Assembly: GCF_964194025.1 (NCBI RefSeq)
Contig: NC_134471.1
Location: 65,162,001 to 65,226,000 of the forward strand
Source: Convolutriloba macropyga
Lineage: Eukaryota
Direction: 5' to 3'
DNA length: 64,000 nt
Shown: piece by piece, positions 1-11,399 of the stretch
Layout: each line of letters begins with the position of its first letter
Position numbering within the stretch: the first letter of the stretch is position 1
Translations under genes and position numbers: made by a program
Notes under the pieces: model-generated
Seen by the model: the letters and a program-made list of their open reading frames with translations, nothing else
Databases searched by the model: none
What the model was told of the DNA's origin: nothing

Positions 1-1
1 G

Positions 2-1384
2 AAGGGTGAGTCTGATAAGTTACGAAAGCTTTACCTAGAAAAGAAAGGATACAAAGTTATAGAGATGAGAGAATGTGAATGGTGGGATCATGTTCAGAAG
101 AACTCCATGTTGAAGAACCACGTTAGAAAAAATTTCCCCTACAAAATACCTTTGAGCAGTGAGACGCTGTTGATGCGGATACAGGAAGATAAATTATTCG
201 GATATGTACAGTGTGATTTAGAAGTTCCTGAAGAGCTTCGTGAACGATTTGCAAACTTTCCTCCAATTTTCAAAAACTGTGATGTTGGAAGAGAGAATAT
301 AGGTAAATTCATGCTGGATTATGCTGAAAGAAACTCCTTATTGTTAAAACCACAACGAATGTTGATTTCGAGTTACAAATTAAACAATGGAATAGTCATA
401 ACACCATTATTAAAGTTCTATTTGAAGCTGGGTATCCGCTGTACCAAAATCCACAGATTCCTTGAGTATATCCCGCAAAAATGTTTCAACGGTTTTGTAC
501 AATCTGTTGTTGATGCAAGACGAGAAGGTGATGAAAATCCAGACTCTAGCGTTGTTGCTGAAACTATGAAATTATTTGGGAACAGCTCGTATGGTTTTCA
601 GATTATGGATCGAAGTCGACACACAGAAACTCTTTATCTTAACGATGAAAAGACGCATAAAGCTATTAATAATCGTCTTTTTAGAAGATTGAACAACGTT
701 TCGACAGATATATATGAGGTTGAGCTTGCAAAAAGCACTGTTGAGCATCGTGAACCAATAATTGTTGGATTCTTTATCTTACAGTATGCAAAACTGAGAA
801 TGCTGGAGCTCTACTACAATTTCTTTGACAAGTTCTGTGATGTTCAGAAATTTGAGGAGCTTGAAATGGACACTGATTCTCTGTATCTGGCACTGGCTCA
901 TGAAAATCTCTATGAATGCATTAAACCAGAAATGAGGAGTATTTGGAATGAGATGAGAAGTAATGACTGCACAGATTTTTTTCATGCTAATAGTACAAGT
1001 AATTTTTTCCCAAGAACTTGTTGCGATAAGCATATAAAACATGACAAGCGTGAGCCTGGATTATTCAAAGAGGAATTCCGATGTACTGAAATGCTATGTT
1101 TATGTAGCAAAACGTACTGTTGCTATAATTCAGTAACGAACAAAACTAAGTTCAGCAGCAAAGGACTTAACAAGAGTGTTCTGGAAGAAAACAGTGATGG
1201 ACCTTTACAGAAATACAGACGAGTCCTGGACGATGCAGTGAATATAGCCTCAACTAACAGAGGATTCAGAACTATAAATCACCAAATTCTAACCTATGAG
1301 CAAACAAAAAAAGGACTCTCGTTTTTCTATCCAAAACGAATTGTGGATGCAGATGGAATTCATACGACACCTTTGATAATCTAA
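2..1384 (+). CDS. Protein-primed family B DNA polymerase (pPolB) of Polinton/Maverick type, C-terminal part (5'-truncated by window edge)
   Basis: The frame is open from base 2 (KGESDKLRKLYLEKKGYKVIEMRECEW...) to TAA at 1382-1384. It has PolB motif B KLFGNSSYG, motif C EMDTDSL, and KTY and SSKG motifs. There are no introns or disablements. Confidence 0.9.
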   Translation, partial: KGESDKLRKLYLEKKGYKVIEMRECEWWDHVQKNSMLKNHVRKNFPYKIPLSSETLLMRIQEDKLFGYVQCDLEVPEELRERFANFPPIFKNCDVGRENIGKFMLDYAERNSLLLKPQRMLISSYKLNNGIVITPLLKFYLKLGIRCTKIHRFLEYIPQKCFNGFVQSVVDARREGDENPDSSVVAETMKLFGNSSYGFQIMDRSRHTETLYLNDEKTHKAINNRLFRRLNNVSTDIYEVELAKSTVEHREPIIVGFFILQYAKLRMLELYYNFFDKFCDVQKFEELEMDTDSLYLALAHENLYECIKPEMRSIWNEMRSNDCTDFFHANSTSNFFPRTCCDKHIKHDKREPGLFKEEFRCTEMLCLCSKTYCCYNSVTNKTKFSSKGLNKSVLEENSDGPLQKYRRVLDDAVNIASTNRGFRTINHQILTYEQTKKGLSFFYPKRIVDADGIHTTPLII

Positions 1385-2270
1385 ATTTTCTGATTCTTTT
1401 CTGATTCATTCATTTTATACATTTAAATCAATTGTCCGCTTGTGAACATGTGATGTGATTATAATAAAGTTTTTTCAAATTGATGAGTCCACTGTTTAAA
1501 GTAATCATTCTTGATGGGAAACCCGAACCGGGTTTTTAAAGTTCAAGCTGAGCATGTAAAAGTTTTCTGACTTATTTCGCAAGGTGTTGACCAGATCTGA
1601 GACAACCCTGGATGAAAAAATCAAGCACGACTTACTCTTCTGAAATAAAGAAACACCTGGAAATTCCTAAAGTCCCTTTTGTTCTAGCACTTCTGACTGA
1701 ATAACTTTCATCGTAGCTATCAATAAGAACTTTTTGTGTGTATCAATGTAGACATCCATATAAGGAGACCAATAAAATGTTATTAGTTCAACAGAGGTCT
1801 ATTTTGATCCATTTTTCTTCCAGTTAACCCAGAGTTGAGTTGATTGTTTTGTTTCGTTTTTATCAGTTCTTTGAGATAATCCTTTTTACCTGTACAGTCT
1901 CTGAAAATAGCTATAGTTTGCTGTGACATCATTCATAATAAATATGTGATTTAGGAACTATTAATTACAATCATGAGTTTGATCGATAGTCATTTTATAG
2001 AAACCTCTTTATTTAGAATAAGCTTATTCTCAACACAGGTGCTAATCAGAATATTTGAAAGTGTATTAGCACTGTAGAATTTTTGGCCTTACACTTAGTC
2101 TTATTGACCACTGTTTGCTACCAAGTAACTTAAAACATTAGCATTAAAAGATGACTCATCTTGAAAGAAAAACATAAACCGACAAATGTCGGAAGAATTG
2201 CTCATGAACGACATGCGAGGCACTTTAATTGATGTTCTTTAGTCTAGACCAATTTTTTCTTTATGGGTGC

Positions 2271-2384
2271 AAAAAACTTTGACCCCACCGAGACTCGAAC
2301 CACTGACCTCTCGCTCCATGACCAAAATCACTACCAAATTGGCTACGAGTCACTTAATTTTGCCATGCTCCAACCGCTTTTATA
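2271..2384 (-). ncRNA. tRNA-like RNA polymerase III transcription unit (not a canonical tRNA)
   Basis: On the minus strand: TATAAAAG (2384-2377), A-box-like TAGCCAATTTGG, B box GGTTCGAGTC, GACTC/GGGTC acceptor-like pairing over a 72-nt body (2352-2281), then TTTTTT (2276-2271). The anticodon and T stems pair poorly. Confidence 0.55.
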
Positions 2385-2642
2385 TTAGCAACTTTGGAGC
2401 ACTAGCGATCACTCAAAAATGAAGAACGAAAGCGTGAAAAATTCACTTTAGCATTCAAAGAATGTTCTAGAAGAAAAGCGCAAAAATGTCAAGTGAAAGA
2501 CTTGCATAAAAAAGACACACAAGTTTACAATAATAGCTATGAACTGCGTTCAAGAGCAATTAAAAATATAACACAGCTTCATTTTCCAATTTGCTATCTG
2601 TTAATCTTTTTTTTGTTATTTTGTGATGAAAAATTTAATGAG

Positions 2643-2912
2643 AAATCTTATACATAAGACCTATTACCAATCTTAATGCGATGTTGTTTTATTTGCAATC
2701 TTAATGCGTGTAAAATCTAAAACCTATCTTTATAAATTACTGTCAAAAATCAGATCTTAATTCATGTAAAATCTATTACCCATCTTTATACGTTGTTCCC
2801 ATAACTCTAATGTTAATACATGTAAAACCTATTACCCATTTTTATACAATACTATCAAAAATCAAATCTTAATACATGTAAAATCTATTACCTATCTTTA
2901 TACATTACTGTG
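2643..2912. repeat. Subterminal tandem repeat, ~56-bp unit, 4-5 degenerate copies
   Basis: The TCTTAATACATGTAAAATCTATTACC-like motif recurs at about 2699, 2755, 2811 and 2867. Confidence 0.8.
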
Positions 2913-3553
2913 ATAATTGAACGGTGACCAAAATGATTTGAAATCGCTATAGCCTATCTTAAAACATGTGGGTCACCACCCCCCCCCCCCGGGCAGCTCC
3001 GCTCATCTATATACTACTGGGGGGGTACGTGTGGGGGTGGGGTACGTTGGGTAGCTCACACTAGTTCACATGGAGGTGTATGTGGGTGATACGTGGGAGG
3101 TTGTAGTTGGATGATCAAATGAGGTAGGTATGCCCAATATTGTTAGGATTATTCCAAAAAAAAGTCTGAAACCAGTTGGGTGCAAGAAAACTGGAAAGAG
3201 TTTAAAGGAGCAAAAATTAGAGCACAAAAAGAAGAGTAATCGAATAAGATATAAGCTGAATTCAACCCAAAATTATGTGAGGTCAACGCCAAAATCTATG
3301 CAAAATATTGCAAGATCTACGCATAGAAACGCCAAAAAATATGTGAAACGTGATGTTACAGTCCGATTAGTAAAGAATACAGTTCCTAAGAAATGATTCT
3401 CTGACACTCTATGGTTCTCTGACACTCAAATGAAACACAAAACACAGACAATATCAGCCAACTTGCACAGCAACACGGACACTAGTCTTTGCCCAGAACC
3501 AAAAACAGAAAAGCCAAGGAAATCACTACGCTTCTAAACAACAAAAAGGGGCG

Positions 3554-6500
3554 TTGGTGCGAATTTTCTATGGACATCTCATCGAACAAGCAGAAAATTG
3601 TAGTTTGGGGGATGAAGAAACCACTTTTATTTCGAGAACTTTCAAACTCAACATGCAAGATGTTGACACTCAAAGAGAACGTCTGAAAAAGACTGTTTCG
3701 CCAACAAAAGCTCTTGAAGTTGCAGTCCATATAGAAATGGGGGCGCAAAATCAACAGAAAATAAATCAAAATCTGAATATTAACGCTCAATTGGTCAATG
3801 TTGTCAATAATTTCCAGGGACACAATTGCAAGGTGAATTACCAGCAGCCACGAAAGGACTTCACTCGCTATCCAACTGTCCTTCAAACTACCAAAATACT
3901 AGCATCTGTGCTAATTGTGGTCAGCGCTGGAACCATAACCACCGCCAAATTCGTCCCGCGAGTGGTAAGAAATACAATAATTACGGAATTATAGGAATTT
4001 TTGCTAAAAAGTGTCGCAAACTTAAAAACTCACGGCGCAAACGTCGAAACCTCCACAAACAATTTTCCACCATACTAACACAAACACCACTAAAAAAGAC
4101 GAAGAAGAATCGGTTAATTATGTAACAAGTTATCATCAACTCTATAATCAAGTCTATGATTCTAATTACGATAGCGACTTTGGTGAATATGTGGCAGCTA
4201 CCTCCAGTGATTCTGCAAGCCAATGAGAACCCCTAAACTCAACGCAAGAGTTCTATATAGAAACATCGAAGGAAACTCGATGATTGACTCAGGTAGTGTC
4301 AGAATCCAAAAACGTTCCCCCCTTGCATGATGGATCACCACGAAACAGGACAAAGGTCTCAAAACATTTTTGAACGAATCAATCAAATTTCTGAGAAAAC
4401 AGTCATATACAACGATTGGACCTGTGAAGAAGCTTGCTTAACAGTCGTGGAGGACGAAACTAATCATTGAGAGAGATCGTTTCAACAGTCCTGGCCTGGC
4501 AGCGGTGCAGCAACAAGCAAAAAGGGGTAATTGGGTTTACAGTAATAATAATTCTACACGTAAATTTAAACCGAAAATCGTGTCGCAATTTCCCCGCCTA
4601 GTTTCACGAATTGGCTTCTCAAACACCCATGTATTGAAATCAAAGTTTCATCAAAAGTTTACAACAAAGCCTCAAAAAGCTCGTCGCGTTCCCATTAACC
4701 TCCAGCCTAGAGTTAGAGTCGAAATAGATCGTCTACAAAAAAGAAGTATATTCTGAACAAATATCTAGCTCCTCTGACGAACACGTTATATCCCCGATAG
4801 TAATCACAGTATAAAAAGATCAATCTATGAAACTTGCATTAAGTTCTAAAGTTGTAAATAAATCAATTCACAAAAAAGATCAAATGCCCAACATTGAAAT
4901 AATAATAGATTCAATTTCACATAATTTTGTAAACACACAACACGGACAACAAGCATATTATTCAACAATAGCTCTCAAATATTCTTATAGTCAATTACAA
5001 CTGCACACCACAAAGACACTGTAATTTCAATAATAATTGCGGAGAATCAACCGGTGCCTAGAGATTTAAAACCGAATTTTACGGCATTTCTGACATGTTA
5101 GCTGATTTTCAAAAGGCAATGAACTTTACCCTTGTAGACCACCAAAAAAACATTCATTTCTTGATATCATTATTATTGTTAGCACAGGATCAGAATCCGA
5201 TCACATTAGTTATGTCACTAATTGCCTTAACATCTAGACAATGATGATTTGAGAATTAATCATCAAAAATGCCATTTCGTAAAAACGGACACTGAGTTCC
5301 TTGGCCACAAATTCACCCACGCAGGTATGTCACCACTTGAAAGTAAAACCACATCTATATTAGCATTACCACCACCATTAACATTAAAACGCATAAGATC
5401 TTTTCTTCGGTCATTACACTATATGAGTAAATTCATACCAAATCTAGCACAACTCTGCCACCTTCTTAGACCACTTCTAAAAAAATCCGCCAAATTCCTC
5501 TGGACTGAAGAACACGCTAAACATTCAAACATTAAAAATGTAAAAAGTGCTACAAGCACCGAAAATGGCTTATATAATCCAAAACTAGATGTTCGTGTGA
5601 AAAGTGATGCATCTCGTTCTGGACTAGAGTGCTGCCCTCGAACAAAACAGTTCTGATGGATAAAAACCTATTGCATTCGCATCACGATTTCTTAATCCTA
5701 CAAAAGAAAGCTACATTGTCGGTAAACCAAAAATACTTGGAATCGCTGGGTCAATTGACTACTTTCAATACTACCTCTATAGAAATGACTTCACTGTAAT
5801 AACAGATCATTGCGCTTTGCTATCAATCCTAGAGGAACATAGATCCAATAAGTCCTACAATAGTCTTCTTTCTAGATGGATTGACTGTCTACTTCTCTAT
5901 AATTTCACAATTGAAATTTTCCTTAGAGCAAAATGGGTTTTATAGACAAAATCTCAATAAACTTTTTCACCAAAGCTAAGAAAATGTCGTTGTATGTTTT
6001 GTGGTGGCAACGATACCTCAAATTCGGGATTCCTTCAATCACCTAGTCAAACATAGATCACAAACAGTAAAAAAGCAAGATAGAATTCACCGTTACAAAC
6101 ATCAAGTATGTTAACCGGACCGCAAACACCTAATTTAATTGATAACAATTCACAAATCCGGATTACAGCAAATACATCACAATCGCCATATCCCAACTCT
6201 TCATTGCCAATTGCTTTGCTATTGACACATCAGAATAAATCTATAATTCCCCAATTAAAAACGTCAATCGCGTCGCAAATACCTCTTCAAAATTCTAAAC
6301 ATAAATCATTTTCTATTAACAAATCTGCGCTGCAAAAGTCAGAAACTAAAGAATGAAATAATCTTAACAATTAAACCCAATAAAGTCCGTATTTGATACC
6401 AACTCAAATAATCACCACAAATTCCTCAAATCAGGCGCAAAAGTAGAAAATACCAACTATAAAAGCAACCAACTCAAAAACTCGCTTTTTGCCCGAAATC

Positions 6501-8460
6501 AATTCAGTATTCAGCACACAAAAAACTTTTCCATAAACGCTATCTCCAATATCCCGAGAACTAAAGCAATCAACTCAGCACCCACAAAAGCCCGAGAAAT
6601 TTTCTTGGATAATTCACCCCCCAACTCAACACCAGCAACAAACACCTCGTCCAATGCAGAAACAACGCCCTCTCCTAGTGCCATCGATATCGGGGAGGGC
6701 CTGAAAATGACTGATACGATCAACAGGATCTTCAAAAAAAAAATTGGCTATCTTGACTGGAAAACACGCCATCTTGAAATATGTACGAGATTATTTCATT
6801 CGCAATGACGAAACGATTGAAGGATATCAGCCCATGTATCCAATCGTATTGGCGGGAAATGAGCGTGAAACATAGATACTTGTGCATCGATGAGCGTAAA
6901 GTAGCACCCAAAGCTATCAAAGACTCTTTGCTGGAAATATTTACTCCAAACATCCCGCGGGTTTTGTCATGTTGTCATTAGCCCAAAATATCTGGTGGCC
7001 GTATATCTACCGAGATATATTGGCTAAGGCCATTGAGTGCGAACCCTTCACGCAAATTGGAAAGAATATAAGACCAGTGACTCCACACAGCAAATGGTCA
7101 CCTTTACCTAATTGTATTGAACCAAACGACGAAATCCGAAATATTTTGGTGGACCTATTATTAATGAAACTGGTATAGAGCAACATTTCCTGACAAACGT
7201 CGATCGTTACTCAAGATACCCCGCAGTAGAAATAGTAAAAAACGCATCGAGGACAAATGTATATTAATNNNNNNNNNNNNNNNNNNNNNNNNNNNNNNNN
7301 NNNNNNNNNNNNNNNNNNNNNNNNNNNNNNNNNNNNNNNNNNNNNNNNNNNNNNNNNNNNNNNNNNNNNNNNNNNNNNNNNNNNNNNNNNNNNNNNNNNN
7401 NNNNNNNNNNNNNNNNNNNNNNNNNNNNNNNNNNNNNNNNNNNNNNNNNNNNNNNNNNNNNNNNNNNNNNNNNNNNNNNNNNNNNNNNNNNNNNNNNNNN
7501 NNNNGAAGAATCAAATTAGGTCAAGCTAGATGTTTAACAGGTAAAAAATTTGAAATATTTTGAAAATATACAACGTCCAAAGATATCTTAAAAAAACAAC
7601 AACAAAAAATTCACCAGAGGAAGCACACTTTGGCAGACGTTGTATTACATCAATTTCTAATATTACCACAAAATCAAATAAAAAGATTTATATTATAATA
7701 AAATAATTAAATTTTATTTAGAAGACGATACCATGCCAGGAAGCACGTATCTCACAGATGAACAGTGGGCAGATACAGGCATGTGCTCCGATGTGGAAGT
7801 AGAGAAAGTTTTCTGCGCTGCAAACGCCCGAGCTCACGAGGAGCAACAGAAATTGAAACATAAAGAGTCACGGCTAATGTGGAGTATTGACGGTATTTCC
7901 AGACCAATTCCGCGTAGCGAAAGGGGCATACAACTCAAGATTGCAAAAAGTATATACGCAGCGCACAGACAAAAAAGAAATTTTGACGGCTTATACAAAG
8001 TTCTCGCCCCAGGCAGCACATTGGGGAAAATGAGCCCGACAACTACTGTCATCAAGGAACCGAATAGACCGGAAGTACGTGTCCGAATTTCGGATATTGC
8101 CAAATTTGGGACAAGAAATGAGAGACGCAGAACTCGGTCAACATCTCGACAGGCGACTGAAAAAAAAACAAGAAAATACCTTGGAGCAGAAAATAATTAA
8201 CCATAAAAACGCTCTGTTGAGAAAAGACTTGGGGAGTAAGAAAATTATGCGCGCCCATAAACAACCTGACGACATAATTATTGTATCTCTTGGACGGTCT
8301 TGTTTTACTTATAACGTTAATCGAGCCCTAAAAATCAGAATCCCCAAACGCAACCCTGAGGCATTCCAAAACACTATGAGGCATTCCAGAACCGGCCAGA
8401 CCTAAAACAAATTCTGAATTTCAGCCCACCAGTACTAATTGCGGCTCCACCTACACAACC
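3554..8460 (+). pseudogene. Gypsy gag-pol, multiply frameshifted
   Basis: gag FYGHLIEQAENCSLG and a degenerate Zn knuckle (3900-4020); protease MIDSGSV (~4280); RT ARRVPINLQ, KDQMPNIE, EFLGH; RNase H DASRSGL, PIAFASRFL, TDH; integrase Zn-binding AQNIWWPYIYRDI. The integrase core is partly in the N run 7269-7504. Confidence 0.85.
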
Positions 8461-8548
8461 CACTGTAGCAGGACCATCACCGCCGCAGTAAGTACTAATT
8501 TTCTGATCTTGTTTATTATTTTTTTTTGTTTTCTCTAACAGAGGGAAA

Positions 8549-9895
8549 TGTCATACTGGATGGATATCATCATCAGAGTATACTTTACCGTAATTTTATT
8601 CAAATTAATCTTTTCATCCATTTCAAGGGAAGTTGATTTAATTCAGTTCGTCATGTGTCATTTAATTACTATTTCATTTTGTTCAGCTAGGTAGACAGGG
8701 CATTGTCTGCTCACACTTGTAAACAAACTTCTACTTCCCTTTTAAAAAGAGAACAGTACCATAATTTTGTTAACTTCCTTGTGACCTAACTTTTGTCATT
8801 TTTGTTTTCATTCATGGCATTTGCATCTCTCTAATTCAGTTGCAATTCAAATTAGTCAACCGCTTTTCAATTAGCAAGCTCAAATTAAGCAAAGCTATTC
8901 GCGTTGCGAAATCTCAGTTTATTATTCGGAATTCAATCAGTGATTACTAAAGTTGGCAATTGCCCCAGTCAGTTGGTAAAGATGCAATTGCTACTCAATT
9001 GACTAGTCACAGAGTAACTGAGTAAAACAATAAATTAGGCAAAATTCCTCGCCCGTGCCACACCACTTTTGATTAAACTATGTCCAGAATTTGTTCTCTG
9101 ATCAGATTTTAATTCGGACGACCATTGTCCACATTTTCATGCGACTATACCATTTTCCAGGCCCCGAAAATTGGGTTGCATTATCCTTCCCGTTTGCGAC
9201 CCGAGATCTTTTTCGTTTGTGCGTCCCCCAGCTACAGAGCACGTGCCATTACATAGTAAATCACTATGTTAAAATATGGCACGTGCGTCGGGAGGGTGTA
9301 AATAATATGCCTAACTATGCTCTGGGTGCACAAACGGAAAAGATCCGCGACCCAACTGATCTGATCAGAGATTGCTTAGGTCTGGGGCCTTCAAAAGGCT
9401 TACATCTCAGGTTGGGGTGTGCAACAACGATCAGAAAAAAAGGAAAGCACAGGTGGGGCTGGGAGAGGGAGGGCAATGCGTTTTCATACATGGTCGAGCA
9501 GCCCCGCAGAGTTTGACTCCACTGTCTTTTTTAAAATTCGAAGTCTGTTCTAAGTATTTCAAAGCAAAAGTTTGATGCCATCGGAATCCGAATTCACCAG
9601 CTAATTTTCAAAATCCCAACTCAGTAAATAGTTAAATAGTTTCAGATTCCATATAACTTACGGTGACCCCATTATCCTGTTTGATGAAACCCATTATTAT
9701 TATAACTAGTCCCTCAGATCTCGCTCCACAAACAAGAGACCCTCAACTGAAACACAAAACAGAGACATTATCAGCCAACTTCCACAGCGACACTGACGCA
9801 AGTCTTTGCTTACAGCCAAAAGCAGGAAACCCAAGGAAGTCGCTACAGGTTATCATCAAAGATCTCGGTAACTCTCAACACTTCATTATATGACA
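8549..9895 (+). repeat. 3' LTR of the Gypsy element (1347 bp)
   Basis: Purine tract AGAGGGAAA lies immediately before TGTCATA (8549). The LTR ends in the perfect inverted TATGACA (9889-9895). Confidence 0.8.
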
Positions 9896-9954
9896 CGACG
9901 TTATATACAACACTATAACAGACCCTCATTACCGAATTCTCCTGTCAACTGCAC

Positions 9955-10477
9955 CACTGCTGAAAAAAATAGCCCGGGCCGAAGTTTCACCCCTTATCCG
10001 CTTCTAATTAGCGGGGATTAGGGTGTAATGCGTATTCCACTGCTATTTTTAGGGGAAAAGAGGGTATGACTGTAATTTTAATAAAATTTCACTGTATTTG
10101 CATTCTTTTCTCCACTCTTTTTACACTCTTTGCAAAGAGTGTAATTTAGTGTATACTGATGGAAAATTACCTTTTTACACGATTAACAATCTAGCCAAAT
10201 TGAAACATCTGATCCTATTGTTAGTTGGTGCAATGGTTTATGCAGACAGCAAAAGTAACATGTTCGACAGTGGGAAGATGGGGAAATCAACCCTCAATAC
10301 CTCCTTCCACCTTTATTTTTTAAAATTACACTCTTATAATTACACTGTTCCAGCCTTAATTGAGCGCAGAAATAGGGGTTCAATTTTTTATTTATACTTT
10401 CTTTACACTCTTTTCCCCGTTATTTTTGGGGAAATCCTCAGCCCGGGAGTCAGTAAAAAAAAATAATGTGTGCTGTG
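9955..10477. mobile_element. Possible non-autonomous CACTA/EnSpm-like DNA transposon (MITE), degenerate
   Basis: Begins CACTGC...GCCCGGGC...TTTCACCCC and ends GGGGAAAT...GCCCGGG...GCTGTG (imperfect inverted ends). TTACACTCT motifs repeat internally. Confidence 0.4.
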
Positions 10478-11399
10478 TATTGCGTGCGAGAAGGTTCAAG
10501 CAAATTGGTTCTTCACATTAAACATACGGGTTCTTAACCTTGTCAATTTTTTCACATCCAAACATTTACCATCGAGTACAACGAGCTGCATCAACAACAA
10601 TCCTTAGAACTTCACAGTCTTGGAACTGTATGTCCTGTTATTCTCACTTGATTGTTCTTCACCTTCCAATTATCACCTTCAACAATGATAAAATACGTGT
10701 GAAAATGCAACAAATCAAATATACCAAATACACATAAATAGTCTGTGTTGTGATTCCAGGGGTAAGCAGGCCAAACAATTTTTTCAACCCATTACTACAA
10801 AAAGCAACAAAATCGTAATAAGAACATTCTAGAGTAATCATACTCAAATAGACCTTGTATGCGTCAACTACATTGTATATAATATTTCGCCATGACTCTC
10901 ACTTCGATATAAAATATTTTGGTATCTCAATCGATAAAGTGTTTGATTATAATTCACAGATCATTGATCACAAGTGGATCAAGGAAACTGTGTCACACAT
11001 GGCACACTAAACACTACCTGCATCAACTATTACTCATATTTTCATTTCGAAAACCAACAACCGTACGATGAGAAAGTTAATTGGTGGAAGGTATTATTTC
11101 GATGTGTTGGTGAATGGGTAACGTTCAACTCGAATATTGTTTTTAATGTGATGTTCAATTTGAATAAATTTTTATAATGTGATGGTTAATGGTTAAATTT
11201 AAGGCAATGTTCAAATATATGGTGAAAATTTATATTTAAAACAAAGTTCAATATGATGGCGACAAATTATCAGGGAACCTGCTTCGCAGAATATTTTTTA
11301 AACTTTTTTTACTGCATTAAAAAATTGAAATCCTATTATAAAATTTATTCTAAAAAAATATTATTAAACTAGAAACATTAAAAAAAATAAACATATTAA

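Larger units (their letters stand above)
1..3018 (+). mobile_element. Right arm of a Polinton/Maverick (adintovirus-like) element, ending ...CTATATACTACT
   Basis: It carries the pPolB gene. The terminus ACTACT (3013-3018) is the reverse complement of the AGTAGT-type Polinton end and is preceded by a C-run and subterminal tandem repeats. Sequence composition changes abruptly after 3018. The left end is outside the window. Confidence 0.75.
3415..9895 (+). mobile_element. Decayed Ty3/Gypsy LTR retrotransposon (5' LTR remnant, gag-pol relic, full 3' LTR)
   Basis: Domain order gag - PR - RT - RNase H - IN. 3420-3530 resembles 9740-9850, i.e. the 3' part of the LTR. Confidence 0.85.

Noticed and set aside
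2281-2352. Functional tRNA-Met
   Set aside because: The anticodon and T stems do not pair adequately; kept only as a tRNA-like Pol III unit.
3130-3396. Basic 88-aa ORF as a Polinton core protein
   Set aside because: It lies outside the inferred terminus at 3018 and has no recognisable motif.
10860-10980. LINE RT remnant (IKYFGISIDK)
   Set aside because: One short motif only; too little to call a feature.
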